A DNA stretch of 36,653 bases from Sandaracinaceae bacterium (GTDB lineage: Bacteria; Myxococcota_A; Polyangia; Polyangiales; Sandaracinaceae): the NCBI GenBank assembly GCA_044220955.1, contig JBGAQA010000070.1:1-36653 (forward strand). The letters run 5' to 3'. A program made the translations under genes and the position numbers. The stretch's first letter is position 1. Each line of letters begins with the position of its first letter. Below, one piece after another: positions 26,558 to 36,258 of the stretch. A model generated the notes under the pieces. It made no database searches, was not told the origin of the DNA, and worked only from the letters and a program-made list of their open reading frames with translations.

Positions 26558-28483
26558 ATGCCCGTCCGACGTTCGACGCTCGCCGCCGCCTTTCTGTTGG
26601 TCATCGGCGCCGCCGCAGTCGGGTGCGCCAGCGGGGGCCGCGAGATCGGCGACTCCGGGCGCGGCGGGGTCGACGTGGGCCTGCGCGACGCGGGCCCCGA
26701 CGTCGGCGCGGTCGACGCGAGCGCGGACGTGGGCGGTGACGCGAACAAGCCCGACGGAGGAATGGACGGCGGCGGCCTCGACGCGGGCCCCGTCTGCGTC
26801 GACGACGACCACGACGGCTTCGGCACGGCCTGCACCGGTGGCCCGGACTGCGACGACACGAACCCGAACGTCAGCCCGGCCGGGACCGAGGTCTGCAACG
26901 GCACCGACGACGACTGCGACGGGACGGCGGACGACGGACTCGACGTCCCCGTGTTCTGCGGCGTCGGCGCGTGCCGCACGTCGGTGCCGCAGTGCGCGGG
27001 CGGCACGACGAGCACATGTACGCCGCTCGCGGCGCACACGGAGCTCTGCAACGGCATGGACGACAATTGCGACGGGCAGACCGACGAAGGGTTCGGCGGC
27101 ACCACGTGCGGTATCGGCGCGTGTCAGGTCACGGTGGCCGCGTGCTCCGGGGGCTCGCCGCCCCCCTGCGTCCCGCTCGGCCCGACCGCCGAGGTCTGCA
27201 ACGGCATCGACGACGACTGCAACACGGCCGTCGACGACGGGCTGGGGATGATCTCGTGCGGCATGGGCGCGTGTCGGCGATCCGTCCCCGCCTGCTCGCT
27301 CGGCGTGCCCGGGACGTGCGTCCCCGGCATGCCGGGGAGCGAGTCGTGCAACGGCCTCGACGACAACTGCGACGGAGTGATCGACGACGGCTTCGGCGCG
27401 ATCACCTGCGGCACGGGCGCGTGCCAGGTCACCGTCGCCTCGTGCGTGATGGGCACGCCGATGAGCTGCACCCCGGGCACGCCGACGGGCGAGACCTGCA
27501 ACGGTCGAGACGACGACTGCAACGGGATGGTCGACGACGGTCTGGGCAACCTCTCGTGCGGCGTCGGATACTGCTTGCGCACGCCCGCGGCGTGCGTGTC
27601 GGGCGCGGTGCAGACGTGCACGCCGGGCACGCCGATGCCGAGCGAGATGTGCGGCAACGGCATCGACGACAACTGCAACGGCAGCATCGACGAGGGCTGC
27701 GTCACGTGTACGCCGCCGGGAAACACCGCCTGCGGCAGCGCGACCGGCTACTCCGTCGGCTCCACCGTGATGGGCGACAACACGTGCTCCGCGCCCGACG
27801 TGGGCGCCACCTGCGGCAACGCGGGCGCCGGTAACGACACCACGTGGGTGTTCTCGTCGGACGGGAGCCCGACTCGCTACACCATCACGATGACGGGACC
27901 CGCTGGCTACGACGCGGTGCTGCACGCCCACTCGTCGTCCGCGTGTACCGGCGCCGACGAGCTCGCGTGCGACGACGACTCCGGCGGGGTCAACGTCAGC
28001 ATCCTGCAGCTCGACTCGCCGCCGTCCGGGAGCATCTACCTCGTCACCGACAGCTTCAGCCCCTCCTCGGCGAGCACCTACACGCTGACGTCGAGCACCA
28101 GCGGGCTGAACAACGACACGTGCAGCTCACCCATCGTGATCCGCGCGAACGGGACGTACACCGGAAACACGAGCACGCGCAGCCATCAGTACGTGCCGTC
28201 CTGCGACGGCAGCTTCCTGGGAAACACGGCGCCGGACGTCGTGTACTCGATCACCGCGCGCACCAGCGGCTCGATCACAGCGACGACGTGCGGGTCGGGC
28301 TTCGACACCGTCCTCGCGGTCGACACGAGCTGCGGCTCCAGCAGCACCGCTTGCAGCGACGACTTCTGCGGTCTGCAGTCCAGCGTCACGTTCGCGACCA
28401 GCGCCGGGACGACGTACTACATCGTGGTCGACGGCTACGGCAGCGCGTCCGGCGCGTACACGCTCAACATCACCGGCTACTGA
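26558..28483 (+). CDS. Cys-rich lipoprotein with six MopE-related repeats and two C-terminal PPC-like beta-sandwich domains
   Basis: GGAGG RBS before ATG 26558 and lipobox AAVGC. E.CNG.DD.C.G..D.G occurs six times. Two units of the form D.V.....D.VL....C....AC.DD.....S......G..Y.V.D.Y....G.YTL. Confidence 0.88.
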   Translation: MPVRRSTLAAAFLLVIGAAAVGCASGGREIGDSGRGGVDVGLRDAGPDVGAVDASADVGGDANKPDGGMDGGGLDAGPVCVDDDHDGFGTACTGGPDCDDTNPNVSPAGTEVCNGTDDDCDGTADDGLDVPVFCGVGACRTSVPQCAGGTTSTCTPLAAHTELCNGMDDNCDGQTDEGFGGTTCGIGACQVTVAACSGGSPPPCVPLGPTAEVCNGIDDDCNTAVDDGLGMISCGMGACRRSVPACSLGVPGTCVPGMPGSESCNGLDDNCDGVIDDGFGAITCGTGACQVTVASCVMGTPMSCTPGTPTGETCNGRDDDCNGMVDDGLGNLSCGVGYCLRTPAACVSGAVQTCTPGTPMPSEMCGNGIDDNCNGSIDEGCVTCTPPGNTACGSATGYSVGSTVMGDNTCSAPDVGATCGNAGAGNDTTWVFSSDGSPTRYTITMTGPAGYDAVLHAHSSSACTGADELACDDDSGGVNVSILQLDSPPSGSIYLVTDSFSPSSASTYTLTSSTSGLNNDTCSSPIVIRANGTYTGNTSTRSHQYVPSCDGSFLGNTAPDVVYSITARTSGSITATTCGSGFDTVLAVDTSCGSSSTACSDDFCGLQSSVTFATSAGTTYYIVVDGYGSASGAYTLNITGY

Positions 28484-28556
28484 TCGGGCAGAGCGCCCGC
28501 GGAGACGCCGCGAGCGATGGCGTGTTCTCGCGCGCCGTCTGGTACGCTGCGCGTGC

Positions 28557-29501
28557 TTGCGGAACGTGGAGCGTGAGCTGCTCGAGTTCGTCGACGAGCT
28601 CGGCGCTGCGCACGAGATCGGGACGGCGGTGCGCGTCGTCACGGCGGGCGTCGCGCGCATGCTCGACGTCGGCCACGCGAGCCTCCGCTTGCTCGACGAC
28701 TCGCGCACGCGCTTGCTGCTCGCGTCGCGCACGGGCCGCTCGCCCTACGCCGGCACCGACGCGTCGTTCACGGTCGGCGAGGGCCTCGTGGGCTGGGTGA
28801 TCGCGCACCGGCGCGCGCTCCGCGTCGGGTGCGCCTCCGAGGACCCCCGGTTCGCGGCGCGGCCCGGCCGCAACACGCTGATGTCGTTCCTCGCCGCGCC
28901 CCTCTCGGACGACCGCGGCTGCTTCGGCGTGCTCGCGGCGACGAGCCCGGCGCGGGACGCGTTCTCCGAGGACGACGAGGTGCGCTTGCGTCTCATCGCT
29001 GCGCTCGCCGCCGGGCCGCTCGAGGTGCACCGGCTGCGGCGCCTGGCCGAGACCGACTCGCTCACCGGCCTGCTCAACCGCCACGCGCTCGAGCGCGTGC
29101 TGCCGGCCACCGGGGCCGGTGACGCCGTCGTGATGCTCGACGTCGACCACTTCAAGGACGTCAACGACCGCCATGGGCACGCCGCGGGCGATCGCGCGCT
29201 CGCCGACCTCGCCGATGCCGTCCGCGCGAGCGTCCGCCTCGAGGACCACGTCGTCCGCTACGGCGGCGAGGAGATCCTCGTCGTGCTCCCGTCGTCGACC
29301 GCGCCGGCGGCGCTCGAGACGGCCGAGCGCGTCCGCGCGTGCATCGCCGCGTCGGTGCGCGTGGAGGGCGAGCCGATCGCGGTGTCGGCGGGCGTCACCG
29401 TGCGCCGCCCAGGCGAGTCGCGCGAGTCCTTGCTCGCCCGCGTGGACGAGGCGCTCTACGCGGCCAAGCGCGCCGGGCGCGACCGCGCGATCGTCGCGTG
29501 A
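28557..29501 (+). CDS. GAF sensor diguanylate cyclase (GGDEF domain)
   Basis: GAF (GEGLVGWV...DPRF...SFLAAPL...GVL), TDSLTGLLNR, D.DHFK.VND..GH..GD, RLED I-site, RYGGEEI, DEALY.AK..GRD. Start uncertain (TTG 28557 or GTG 28566). Confidence 0.93.
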   Translation: MRNVERELLEFVDELGAAHEIGTAVRVVTAGVARMLDVGHASLRLLDDSRTRLLLASRTGRSPYAGTDASFTVGEGLVGWVIAHRRALRVGCASEDPRFAARPGRNTLMSFLAAPLSDDRGCFGVLAATSPARDAFSEDDEVRLRLIAALAAGPLEVHRLRRLAETDSLTGLLNRHALERVLPATGAGDAVVMLDVDHFKDVNDRHGHAAGDRALADLADAVRASVRLEDHVVRYGGEEILVVLPSSTAPAALETAERVRACIAASVRVEGEPIAVSAGVTVRRPGESRESLLARVDEALYAAKRAGRDRAIVA

Positions 29502-29579
29502 CGGATCACGCCGCGCAGCGCCCTCGATCTCCGCGCGGGCCACGACCGGCCGCGCTCGCGTGCTAGTACGCGCCCCGAG

Positions 29580-30845
29580 ATGAACGACGCACCGTCTCCG
29601 GCTCAGGGAAGCTTCGCGGATGGATTCGAGGGCGTTGCGCGCGTCTTCTCCGAGCAGCTCGCGCGCGGCGACGAGATCGGCGCGTCCTTCGCCGTCTACC
29701 ACCGCGGTCAGCGCGTGGTGCACCTCTGGGGCGGGCGCGCCGACGCGGAGGAGCCTTCGCGGCCGTGGAACGCCGACACGCGCGCGCTGCTCTTCTCGGT
29801 GACCAAGGGCCTCTCGTCCATGGCGCTCGTGCTGCTCGCCGATCGTGGGCAGCTCGATCCCGACGCTCCCGTCGCGACCTACTGGCCGGGCTTCGCGCGC
29901 GCCGGCAAGGAAGCGATCACGGTGCGAACGCTGCTCGCCCACCGCGGCGGGCTCGCGGTGCTCGACACCCCGCTCACGCTCGCGGACGTGGACGACCCGG
30001 CCGCGCGGTCGCGCCTGGTCGACGCGCTCGAGGCGCAACGACCGCTCTGGCAGCCGGGGCGCGATCAGGGCTACCACGCCCTCACCTACGGGCTCTACGC
30101 GCGCGAGCTCTTCGAGCGGATCGCGCGCGAGCCGCTCGGGGCGTTCCTGACGCGCGAGCTCTTCGCGCCGCTCGGCGCCGACGTGTCGCTGGGGACGCCA
30201 CCGGAGCTCGACGCGCGCATGGCCCGCATCCAGCCGGCCCGAGCCGGCGAGCAGCTCCTCGGGGTCGCGCGCTCGGTGGCCCGTCGCGCGCTGGGCCGGA
30301 GCGACGCACCGATCCCCGAGGCGCGCATCGCGCGCACGCTGCTCACACGGGACGGCATGCCGCGTCGCGCGTTCGCCAACCCGGCGACCGCGGGCGGCGT
30401 CGCCGGGTTCGATCGCCCGAGCGTTTGGCGTGGCACGTTCGCGTCCGCCGCCGCGACGGGCACCGCAGACGGTGTCGCGCGCGCATACCTCCCGTTCGCG
30501 CTGGGCGGCGTCGTCGAGGGCCGGCGCTACCTCGGCGAGCGCTCCATCGCGCCCCTGTACGCGCGCGACGGTTGGTCCGAGCGGGACCACGTACTTCAGA
30601 AGCCGATCGGCTGGACGCGCGGGTTCGTGAAGGAGGAGACCCACCTCTTCTCTCCCGTGCGGGAGTCGTTCGGCCACCCGGGGCTCGGCGGGGCGCTCGG
30701 CTGGTGCGACCCGGTGAACCAGCTGACGATCGGGTACGTGCTGAACCGCCTCGACTGGCACGTGCGCTCGCCGCGCGCGCTGGCCCTCTGTCACGCCGTC
30801 TATGCGAGCGAGCCGCTCAGAGGGAGCGCTCGAGGATCTCGGTGA
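29580..30845 (+). CDS. Serine hydrolase, beta-lactamase-related (family VIII esterase/EstA-like)
   Basis: FSVTK (SxxK), LDPDAPVA.YWP.F...GK..ITVR.LL.H.GG, P.W.PG...GYHA.TYG, FGHPG.GG..GW.DP. Confidence 0.92.
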   Translation: MNDAPSPAQGSFADGFEGVARVFSEQLARGDEIGASFAVYHRGQRVVHLWGGRADAEEPSRPWNADTRALLFSVTKGLSSMALVLLADRGQLDPDAPVATYWPGFARAGKEAITVRTLLAHRGGLAVLDTPLTLADVDDPAARSRLVDALEAQRPLWQPGRDQGYHALTYGLYARELFERIAREPLGAFLTRELFAPLGADVSLGTPPELDARMARIQPARAGEQLLGVARSVARRALGRSDAPIPEARIARTLLTRDGMPRRAFANPATAGGVAGFDRPSVWRGTFASAAATGTADGVARAYLPFALGGVVEGRRYLGERSIAPLYARDGWSERDHVLQKPIGWTRGFVKEETHLFSPVRESFGHPGLGGALGWCDPVNQLTIGYVLNRLDWHVRSPRALALCHAVYASEPLRGSARGSR

Positions 30846-31977
30846 GCTCGACGCGATCGAGGACGAGCGGGTTGCCCTTGGTGCTGCTCGCCCGCTCACA
30901 GCGCTCCACGAGCGCCGGCACGTCCCCGGGGCGCACCCCGTAGGCGCGCAGCGCGGGGATCGCCACGTCGTGGACGAGGGTGGTCGTGAACGTGATCGCG
31001 TCGTCGGCGCTCGCGTCTGGTCGGCCCGTGAGCAGGCGCCCGAGCTCGTCCCAGCGGGCGCGCTGCTCCTCGGTCCCACGCGCCCGCACCGCGCGGAGGT
31101 TGACGTCGAGCGCGACCGGTAGGAGGCGCGCACAGACGGCGCCGTGCGGAGCGTCGAACGCGCCGCCGATCGGACCCGCGAAGCCATGCACGACGCCCAG
31201 CTTCGCGTTCGCGAGGCACATCCCGCCGAAGAGGCTCGTCAGCGCCAGGTCGCGCCGCGCGTGCGGGTCGTCTCCGCACGCGAACGCGACCCGCAGCGAG
31301 CGGGCGCCGCGCACGACGCCCTCGCGCGCGAGCCCGTCGGTGAAAGGGCTCGCCGCGCACGAGACGAAGGGCTCGATCACCTGCGTGAGCGCGTCGAGCC
31401 CGGTCGCCGCCGTCGCCGCCGGCGGCACGCTCCACGTGAGGCGCGGGTCGACGACGGCGAGGCGCGGCAGCATCCGGTCGCTGCGCATGCTGACCTTCAC
31501 GCGCGTCCGCGGATCGGCGAGCACGGCGTTCTTCGTCACCTCGGCGCCGGTCCCGGCGGTGGTCGGGACGGCGACGAAGGGCAGCGGATCGCGCGTCAAC
31601 GGCAGCCCTCGGCCCACGACCTCGAGGTAGTCGAGCGGCTCGCCCTCGTGGACGGCGAGCGCGGCGACCGCCTTGCCGAGGTCGATCGCGCTCCCGCCGC
31701 CGACGGCGAAGACGGCGCCCGCGCGCGTGTCGCGTGCGCGTGCGACGGCCTCGCGCGCGTCGTCCGTGGTCGGCTCTCGCTCGACGCACACGATGCTGAG
31801 CGCGAAGCCCGCAGCCTCGAGCGCTGCGCGCACGGCGGCCGTGCGTGTCACGCTGCGGCCGGTCACGAAGAGCGCCGGTCCCTGCGGCGCGATCGCGACC
31901 GCGAGCTCGCCGATTCGTCCGGCGGCCCCGTCGCCGAAGACGACGCGCGCCGCGGTCGCGATCTCGAACGCGCTCAC
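30817..31977 (-). CDS. Iron-containing alcohol dehydrogenase
   Basis: GTG overlaps the upstream stop (GTGA). Motifs [48 protein letters not shown]. Confidence 0.93.
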   Translation of the reverse strand: MSAFEIATAARVVFGDGAAGRIGELAVAIAPQGPALFVTGRSVTRTAAVRAALEAAGFALSIVCVEREPTTDDAREAVARARDTRAGAVFAVGGGSAIDLGKAVAALAVHEGEPLDYLEVVGRGLPLTRDPLPFVAVPTTAGTGAEVTKNAVLADPRTRVKVSMRSDRMLPRLAVVDPRLTWSVPPAATAATGLDALTQVIEPFVSCAASPFTDGLAREGVVRGARSLRVAFACGDDPHARRDLALTSLFGGMCLANAKLGVVHGFAGPIGGAFDAPHGAVCARLLPVALDVNLRAVRARGTEEQRARWDELGRLLTGRPDASADDAITFTTTLVHDVAIPALRAYGVRPGDVPALVERCERASSTKGNPLVLDRVELTEILERSL

Positions 31978-32288
31978 GAGCGCCAGCCGCGCTCGGCCGT
32001 GGGCTCGACGGGCGCGAGCTTCGTGCTCCGCCGCGGCTCGGCCATCATCGGCTCGACCGCGTCGCGCCACGCCGCGTAGTGGGCGGTGGCCTTGTGCGCG
32101 GCGGGCGCCGCGTCGTCGCGGTAGACCTCGACCAGCACGAAGCGGTCGGGGTCGGCGAGGTCGCGGACGACGTCGAAGCGCAGGACGCCGGGCTCGGCGA
32201 GGCTGGCGCGCGCGTTCTTGCGTGTCTCTTCGATGAACGCGTCGGCGCGACCGGGCAGGACGTGGACGTGGACGTGGACGATCAGCAT
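31974..32288 (-). CDS. Antibiotic biosynthesis monooxygenase (ABM)/LsrG-like protein
   Basis: [11 protein letters not shown]...[30 protein letters not shown]......HK.T.HY..WRD.V..MM. Confidence 0.9.
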   Translation of the reverse strand: MLIVHVHVHVLPGRADAFIEETRKNARASLAEPGVLRFDVVRDLADPDRFVLVEVYRDDAAPAAHKATAHYAAWRDAVEPMMAEPRRSTKLAPVEPTAERGWRS

Positions 32289-32316
32289 CGCGCGAGCATG
32301 CCACGCGCGCGTGGGC

Positions 32317-33633
32317 TCAAGGAGCGACGGTGCTCGCGTCGAGCACGCGCAGCACGTTCTCGCCGAGGATCGGGGCGAGCGCGAGCCCGCGGCGCTCGAG
32401 CTCGGCGTAGAGGAGCGGTAGGTCGGCGGCGCTCTCGAGCCCGGCCAGCTCCCCCGCGCCGTCGAAGTCCGACCCGAGGCACGCGGTCTCGAGGCCACCG
32501 ATCTCGACGACGTGCGCGAAGTGCGCGCCGAGCGACTCGATCGTCGGCGGCCGAAGCTCGGGCCCGAGGGCGCGGACGAGCGCGATCCGCGCGGCGGCCG
32601 TCTGCCAGGAGCGGCCCTCGATCGCGTGGAATTCCTCGCGGTGCGCGCGCTCGAGCGCGCGTCGGCCCCGGCCGTACGCGTCGTCGACGAAGGCGGCGTA
32701 GTAGTTCACGCAGATGGCGCCGTGATGCGCGGCCATCGCGCGGATCATCGTGTCGGTGACGTTGCGACGGTGGGGCGAGAGCGCGCGTGTCGCGCTGTGC
32801 GTGGCGAGCGCGGGTCGTGTGGAGACCTCGAGCACGTCGAAGAAGGTGCGATCGCTGACGTGCGAGACGTCGGGGATCATCCCGAGCGCGTTCATGTGGG
32901 CGACGAGCGCGCGGCCGTCGTCGGTGAGCCCCTGCGAGGGGTGTGCGCCGGTCGAGGCGTGCCCGAAGACGTTGTCGTTCGTCCACGTGATGGTCATGTA
33001 GCGGCAGCCGAGCGCGAAGAGCGTGTCGAGGCGAGCGAGGAGGGTGGGGACGGGCGCATCGCCGAGCGCGTGCGCGCCCTCGATGCCCATGAGCACCGCG
33101 ATGCGCCCGCTCGCTCGCGCCGCCCGGACCTCGGCCGAGGTGGTGCAGAGCGCCGCCTCGTCCGGGTGCGCGGCGACCTGGTCGCGGACCGCGGCGACGA
33201 GCGCCTGCGCGCGATCCCACGCGGCCTCGCCCGGGAAGCGGCGGGGGTCGACCCAGATAGAGAAGAAGGCGCCGGAGAGCCCGCCCTCGCGCATGCGCGG
33301 GAAGTCGAGGTGGCCGTCGGGCAGGCGCGAGGAGAGGTCGTCGCGCGCGTCGAGCATGCGCTGCGGCGTGTCGACGTGGGTGTCGAGGGCCAGGGGCCAG
33401 CGTGGCGTGCCGGCGTCGCTCTCGACCTCGCCCTCGCCCACCCTCTCGCCCACGCTCTCGCTCTGGCCCACGCGCTCGCTCTGGCCCACGCTCTCGCTCT
33501 CGCCCACGCTCTCGCCCACGCTCTCGCCCACGCTCTCGCCCACGCTCTCGCTCTCGCTCTCGCTCGGGACAGGCGCTCCTGCCCAGGCGACGAGCACCGC
33601 CGCGACGAGTGCCCACGCGCGACCGCGCCCCAT
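32317..33633 (-). CDS. Membrane dipeptidase (peptidase M19) with signal peptide and low-complexity linker
   Basis: DTH.DT, H.DFPRM.EGG....FFS, MGIEG, RYMT.TW, GLT..G..LV..MN.LGM..DVSH, ATHS, RN..D, GSDFDG. Start ATG 33633 or GTG 33636. Confidence 0.92.
   Translation of the reverse strand: MGRGRAWALVAAVLVAWAGAPVPSESESESVGESVGESVGESVGESESVGQSERVGQSESVGERVGEGEVESDAGTPRWPLALDTHVDTPQRMLDARDDLSSRLPDGHLDFPRMREGGLSGAFFSIWVDPRRFPGEAAWDRAQALVAAVRDQVAAHPDEAALCTTSAEVRAARASGRIAVLMGIEGAHALGDAPVPTLLARLDTLFALGCRYMTITWTNDNVFGHASTGAHPSQGLTDDGRALVAHMNALGMIPDVSHVSDRTFFDVLEVSTRPALATHSATRALSPHRRNVTDTMIRAMAAHHGAICVNYYAAFVDDAYGRGRRALERAHREEFHAIEGRSWQTAAARIALVRALGPELRPPTIESLGAHFAHVVEIGGLETACLGSDFDGAGELAGLESAADLPLLYAELERRGLALAPILGENVLRVLDASTVAP
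33417..33565. repeat. Coding microsatellite of 6/12-bp units (ctcgct, ctcgcc, cacgct) encoding (ES)n/(ESVG)n
   Basis: Read directly; the protein reads [44 protein letters not shown]. Confidence 0.9.
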
Positions 33634-34931
33634 CACGGCGCGCACCCGAATTCGCGGATCTCCAGCGTCCGTCCGTCCACCGCGCCGCTGAGCAGGAACA
33701 CGCGCGTCCCTTCGACGGCGAGCGCGGGGACGAGCGCGTAGGGCACGTCCGCACCGCCCTCCCACGTCGCGTCGGGGCGGCCGTCGGCGTCGAGCCGCGC
33801 CACGTAGAGCGTGCTGTCCGGGCCGCGGTACGCGTTCGCGACCGCGACCGTCGCTCCGCCCGCCGCGACGACGTCCAGCTGGTCGAAGCGGCGATCGCTC
33901 GTCTCGACCCGCTCGAGCGGCGCGAGCAGCGCGCCGCTCGGATCGGTGCGCGCGCGGTAGAGACCCGAGCCGTTCGTGTCCGCGGCGACCACGAGGAAGC
34001 CCTCGGCGCTCGGGACGACGTGCGCGCCGCCGAACGATCGCTCCTCGACGGGGGCACTGCCGACCCGCGTCGGGCCGCCGAGCGCCGCGCCCTCTCGTCC
34101 GAGCACCACGACGTCGATCGCCGACTCGCGCAGCGTCGGCCGCACGCCGTACGCGAGCGCCACGCGATCGCCGCGCCGGGCGAACGTCGGCTGCGTGTAG
34201 AGGTCCCCGCGCGGCTCGGCCACCCGTCCGTCGATCGCACGCCCCGCGTCGTCGGCCACGTCGAGGAACACGGGGTAGGTGCCGTCGGACGAGCCGCCGT
34301 TCGTGAGCCACGCGAAGAGCAGGCGCGCGCCGGTGTCGATGCCCGACTGCGAGACCGCGCCGCAGCTGCGCATCCCGTCGCCGCGCCGCACCTCGCCGCC
34401 GAGCGGGGCGCCGAGGGCGTCGAGGAAGGCGCTCGACGCCCGGTCGTCGGCGCCGAAGCGCCCGCAGTACGTCAGCAGGATCCCCGAGCGGCCTTCGGAC
34501 GCCGTCAGCCCCATGGTGACAGGCCGGCCGAGGATCGGCGTCGGGTCACCGATCGCGTGCCCGTCCGGATCGAGCCGGCGAGAGAACGCATTCGTGACGG
34601 GGGGATGGCTCCCGTCGAAGCCCACGTTCCACACGGCCACCAGCCCGCCGCCCGACGCGACGAGGTCGCTCGTGAAGTAGCCCGTCGGCTCGCGCGCGAC
34701 CTCGAAGGGCCCTGCGATCACCCCGAAGCCCAGCCCCTCGTCGGTCGTGCCGTCGCAGTCGTCGTCGCGGCCGTTGCAGACCTCCGCGCCCGTCGCGTCG
34801 CAGATCTCGGGGCCCGCGTCGGCGGCCGGGGGAATCGCGAGCCCGGTGCGCGCTCCGCAGCCCGTGACGAGCGCCAGCGCCAGCCAGGCCGAGCCCGACC
34901 CGCCGACCTCGTGCCGCTGGGGTCTGCCCAT
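33633..34931 (-). CDS. Lipoprotein with one MopE-related repeat followed by a beta-rich (probably propeller-like) domain
   Basis: Lipobox LVTGC-GARTGL, EVCNGRDDDCDGTTDEG, then repeated beta-rich units (LVAVW...LDPDG, LLTY...LDALG, LFAW...ADDAG, VARLDADG). Confidence 0.8.
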   Translation of the reverse strand: MGRPQRHEVGGSGSAWLALALVTGCGARTGLAIPPAADAGPEICDATGAEVCNGRDDDCDGTTDEGLGFGVIAGPFEVAREPTGYFTSDLVASGGGLVAVWNVGFDGSHPPVTNAFSRRLDPDGHAIGDPTPILGRPVTMGLTASEGRSGILLTYCGRFGADDRASSAFLDALGAPLGGEVRRGDGMRSCGAVSQSGIDTGARLLFAWLTNGGSSDGTYPVFLDVADDAGRAIDGRVAEPRGDLYTQPTFARRGDRVALAYGVRPTLRESAIDVVVLGREGAALGGPTRVGSAPVEERSFGGAHVVPSAEGFLVVAADTNGSGLYRARTDPSGALLAPLERVETSDRRFDQLDVVAAGGATVAVANAYRGPDSTLYVARLDADGRPDATWEGGADVPYALVPALAVEGTRVFLLSGAVDGRTLEIREFGCAP

Positions 34932-35087
34932 GCACGGCCATCGTCGGCCGAGCCGGCGCGGCGCACAAGCGCGGGCGCGCCTCCATCCGAGCCGGCGGGT
35001 CGGCGTGTGCGCGCGCTCGTGGATCCGCCCGCCTTGGACCCTGGTATCCTCGCGCTTTCCTGCCGATCCTCGCTTCTCGGAGGCGTC

Positions 35088-36236
35088 ATGCGTGTTGACC
35101 CGTGGTGCTCGACCCTCGCTGCGCTGTCGATCGCGAGCGCCATGCTCGCGGCGGGCTGCAGCTGCGCGACCGGCCGTCCCGCCACGCGGCGCGACACCGG
35201 GGCCGGTCCCGGAGACGACACGGGCCTGACCGACATCGACGCCGACATCGCGCACCACGACGCGAACTTCCCGGACACGAACCTGCCCGACTTCGGCGGC
35301 CCGCGCGGCGACACCGGCTGCGATCTCATGACGCCGGTGATGAACGAGATCATCGGCGATCCGCCGGACATGCTGATCGTGCTCGACATCTCCGGCTCGA
35401 TGTGTGAGCCGATCAACCCGCTCGGCGGGACGATGACCAAGCTCGGCGTGATGAAGACGGCGCTCAACGAGCTCGTCACCACGTTCGACGCGCGCATCAA
35501 CTTCGGGCTGATGAAGTTCCCCGGCGACATGGACTGCGGCCCGGGCGTCGTGACGAACCCGATCATGCCGCACAACGCGGCGGCGATCATGGGCACGCTC
35601 TCCGGCTTCCCGAGCGGCCTCTTCGGCTGCGCGACGTTCGCGGGCGGCAACACGCCGACGTTCCGCGCGATCAGCGCCGCGCAGGACTACTACGCGACGA
35701 TCCCCGTCAACCCCGTGGGCCAGTTCGTGCTGCTCGCGACCGACGGTCTGCCGAATTGCGGGGCCGTGACGACGACCGACGCGGGCACGACGACGGCGCC
35801 GACGGTCGACGAGACGGTCGCGGCCATCCAGTCGCTCCACGACGCGGGCATCCCGACGTACGTGCTCGGGTTCGGCTCGGGCTTCGCGGGCGATCCGGCG
35901 GCGCTGATGCGGATGGCCGTCGCGGGCGGGACGAGCATGCCCTACAACGCGCGCAACGCGGCCGAGCTGAGCACTGCGCTGAGCACGATCGCGGCGGGCA
36001 TCATCCCGCCGAGCTGCACCATCGCGCTCGACGGCTCGACGCGGAACCCGGCGCTCTTCCAGGTGAGCTTCGACGGCGGTCCGCTCATCCCCCGCGACAT
36101 GAGCCACGCGAGCGGCTGGGACTACGACGAGGCGACGAACACGATCACCTTCTACGGCTCCGAGTGCGCCACGGTCGAGGCGGGCAGCGTCGTGACGATC
36201 GACGTCGAGTACGGCTGCCCCGGTCCGCTCGTGTGA
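35088..36236 (+). CDS. vWA-domain Cys-containing lipoprotein, CglB-like
   Basis: GGAGG RBS before ATG 35088 and lipobox LAAGC. MIDAS residues LIVLDISGSM, GGNTPT, VLLATDG.PNC. C-terminal C.I.L...GW.YD..TNTI.F.G..C...V.YGC domain. Confidence 0.85.
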   Translation: MRVDPWCSTLAALSIASAMLAAGCSCATGRPATRRDTGAGPGDDTGLTDIDADIAHHDANFPDTNLPDFGGPRGDTGCDLMTPVMNEIIGDPPDMLIVLDISGSMCEPINPLGGTMTKLGVMKTALNELVTTFDARINFGLMKFPGDMDCGPGVVTNPIMPHNAAAIMGTLSGFPSGLFGCATFAGGNTPTFRAISAAQDYYATIPVNPVGQFVLLATDGLPNCGAVTTTDAGTTTAPTVDETVAAIQSLHDAGIPTYVLGFGSGFAGDPAALMRMAVAGGTSMPYNARNAAELSTALSTIAAGIIPPSCTIALDGSTRNPALFQVSFDGGPLIPRDMSHASGWDYDEATNTITFYGSECATVEAGSVVTIDVEYGCPGPLV

Positions 36237-36258
36237 CTACACTCTCGCCGAGGTGTCC

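Noticed and set aside
23761..26739. 992-aa plus-strand ORF and similar long ORFs (for example 15761-18316, 28470-31187, 25850-27931)
   Set aside because: Arg/Ala/Gly-rich shadow frames of well-supported genes, expected in GC-rich DNA with few stop codons.
26558..28483. Copper-uptake function inferred from the MopE-related repeat name
   Set aside because: The repeat label does not demonstrate copper binding, and no copper-handling genes are adjacent.
29580..30845. Antibiotic-resistance beta-lactamase
   Set aside because: No signal peptide, and the motifs (GYHA.TYG, FGHPG) fit family VIII esterases rather than class C beta-lactamases.
31974..32288. AI-2 quorum-sensing gene lsrG
   Set aside because: No other lsr genes nearby. 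The ABM plus Fe-ADH pairing is common, so no symbol was assigned.
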